From an uncultured delta proteobacterium (GTDB taxonomy: Bacteria > Desulfobacterota > Desulfobaccia > Desulfobaccales > 0-14-0-80-60-11): 64,000 nt of DNA. The notes below the pieces were generated by a model, which was not told the DNA's origin, did not search any database, and saw nothing but the letters and a program-made list of their open reading frames with translations. The DNA is taken from NCBI GenBank assembly GCA_963812015.1, contig CAWETI010000003.1:704001-768000 (forward strand), given 5' to 3'. Of the stretch, positions 63,419-64,000 are shown piece by piece; positions within the stretch are counted from its first letter, which is position 1, and every line of letters starts with the position of its first letter. The position numbers and the translations under genes were made by a program.

Positions 63419-64000
63419 GTGGCGCGTTATTTGATCCCGATCCTGTGGTGCCTGATCTTCCTCATGAGCGTGGGGAGCGCCGGAGCGGCTACAGAGATGG
63501 ACCTGTTCAAGCATGAACGCTTCGAGGGGGGGCCTTGGCGGCTCCGGGCCGACACGGCCACCTATGATGCCACCAATCATGTCTATGCCGCGGCAGGGCA
63601 TGTGGAGATTCGCCAAGGAGACCGCCGCATAACCGCGGACCAGGCGGAGGTCAATGAGGTCACCAAAGTAGCCCGGCTCAAGGGGAATGTGGTCCTGGTT
63701 TTAGGAGAGGATATCTTTGCCGGCCAGGAAGGCCAATTCAACCTGGCGACCCGGTGCGGCGAAATGCAGGGGGCCCGGCTTTTTCTGAATAAAAATCACT
63801 TCCACGTGGACAGCCCCCTGATGCGCAAGACCGGCGATAACACCTATGACGCCGAAGAGGCCAAGGTAACCACGTGTGACGCCGACCGGCCGGTGTGGAG
63901 CTTTTCAGCCCGCAAGCTCGCGGTGGTCACGGAGGGTTATGCCACTGGCCGGGATGGCTTTTTCCGTCTGGCCGGGGTGCCGGTACTTTACCTGCCGGTG
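63419..64000 (+). CDS. lptD: LPS-assembly protein LptD, 3'-truncated by window edge
   Basis: Own translation from GTG after AGGAG: signal peptide, LRAD...A.GHVEI...ITAD, TTCD..PVW, GVPVLYLP. Confidence 0.85.
   Translation, partial: MARYLIPILWCLIFLMSVGSAGAATEMDLFKHERFEGGPWRLRADTATYDATNHVYAAAGHVEIRQGDRRITADQAEVNEVTKVARLKGNVVLVLGEDIFAGQEGQFNLATRCGEMQGARLFLNKNHFHVDSPLMRKTGDNTYDAEEAKVTTCDADRPVWSFSARKLAVVTEGYATGRDGFFRLAGVPVLYLPV

Overview
GC-rich bacterial DNA, most likely from an anaerobic Desulfobacterota/deltaproteobacterium (inferred from the HdrA-Mvh operon, lptD and selenocysteine usage). Host backbone on the left (1-8.8 kb): hdrA-like, mvhD, mvhG and mvhA, where mvhD and mvhA each have an in-frame TGA at a conserved Cys position (selenocysteine), plus an amphi-Trp/XXXCH protein and a Kef-type antiporter. 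Host backbone on the right (62.9-64 kb): tRNA-Arg(CCT) and the 5' part of lptD. Between them lies a ~54 kb island integrated at the tRNA-Arg 3' half, with a 51-bp direct repeat at 8833 and 62876 and paired arm-type repeats at both ends. The island has a satellite/PICI-like core (tyrosine integrase, Xis-like HTH, primase-helicase, iteron ori, SF2 helicase, broken R-M gene). About 43 kb of cargo follows: a lipid-modification cluster, a kdp operon, a RmInt1-like group II intron, an oxidative/UV-stress cluster with katG and photolyase, an SLC5-fused sensor kinase, and three more small selenoprotein genes truncated or missed by the ORF track. The most striking feature is that the cargo is cut into modules by about 13 co-oriented ~60-130 bp tripartite repeats centred on a GATATG-N5-CATATC palindrome. 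The arms of these repeats appear shuffled at that palindrome, and group II introns have inserted into it in both orientations. This suggests an integron-like, but non-attC and non-dif, site-specific cassette array. All calls come from reading the sequence by eye; no database searches were run.
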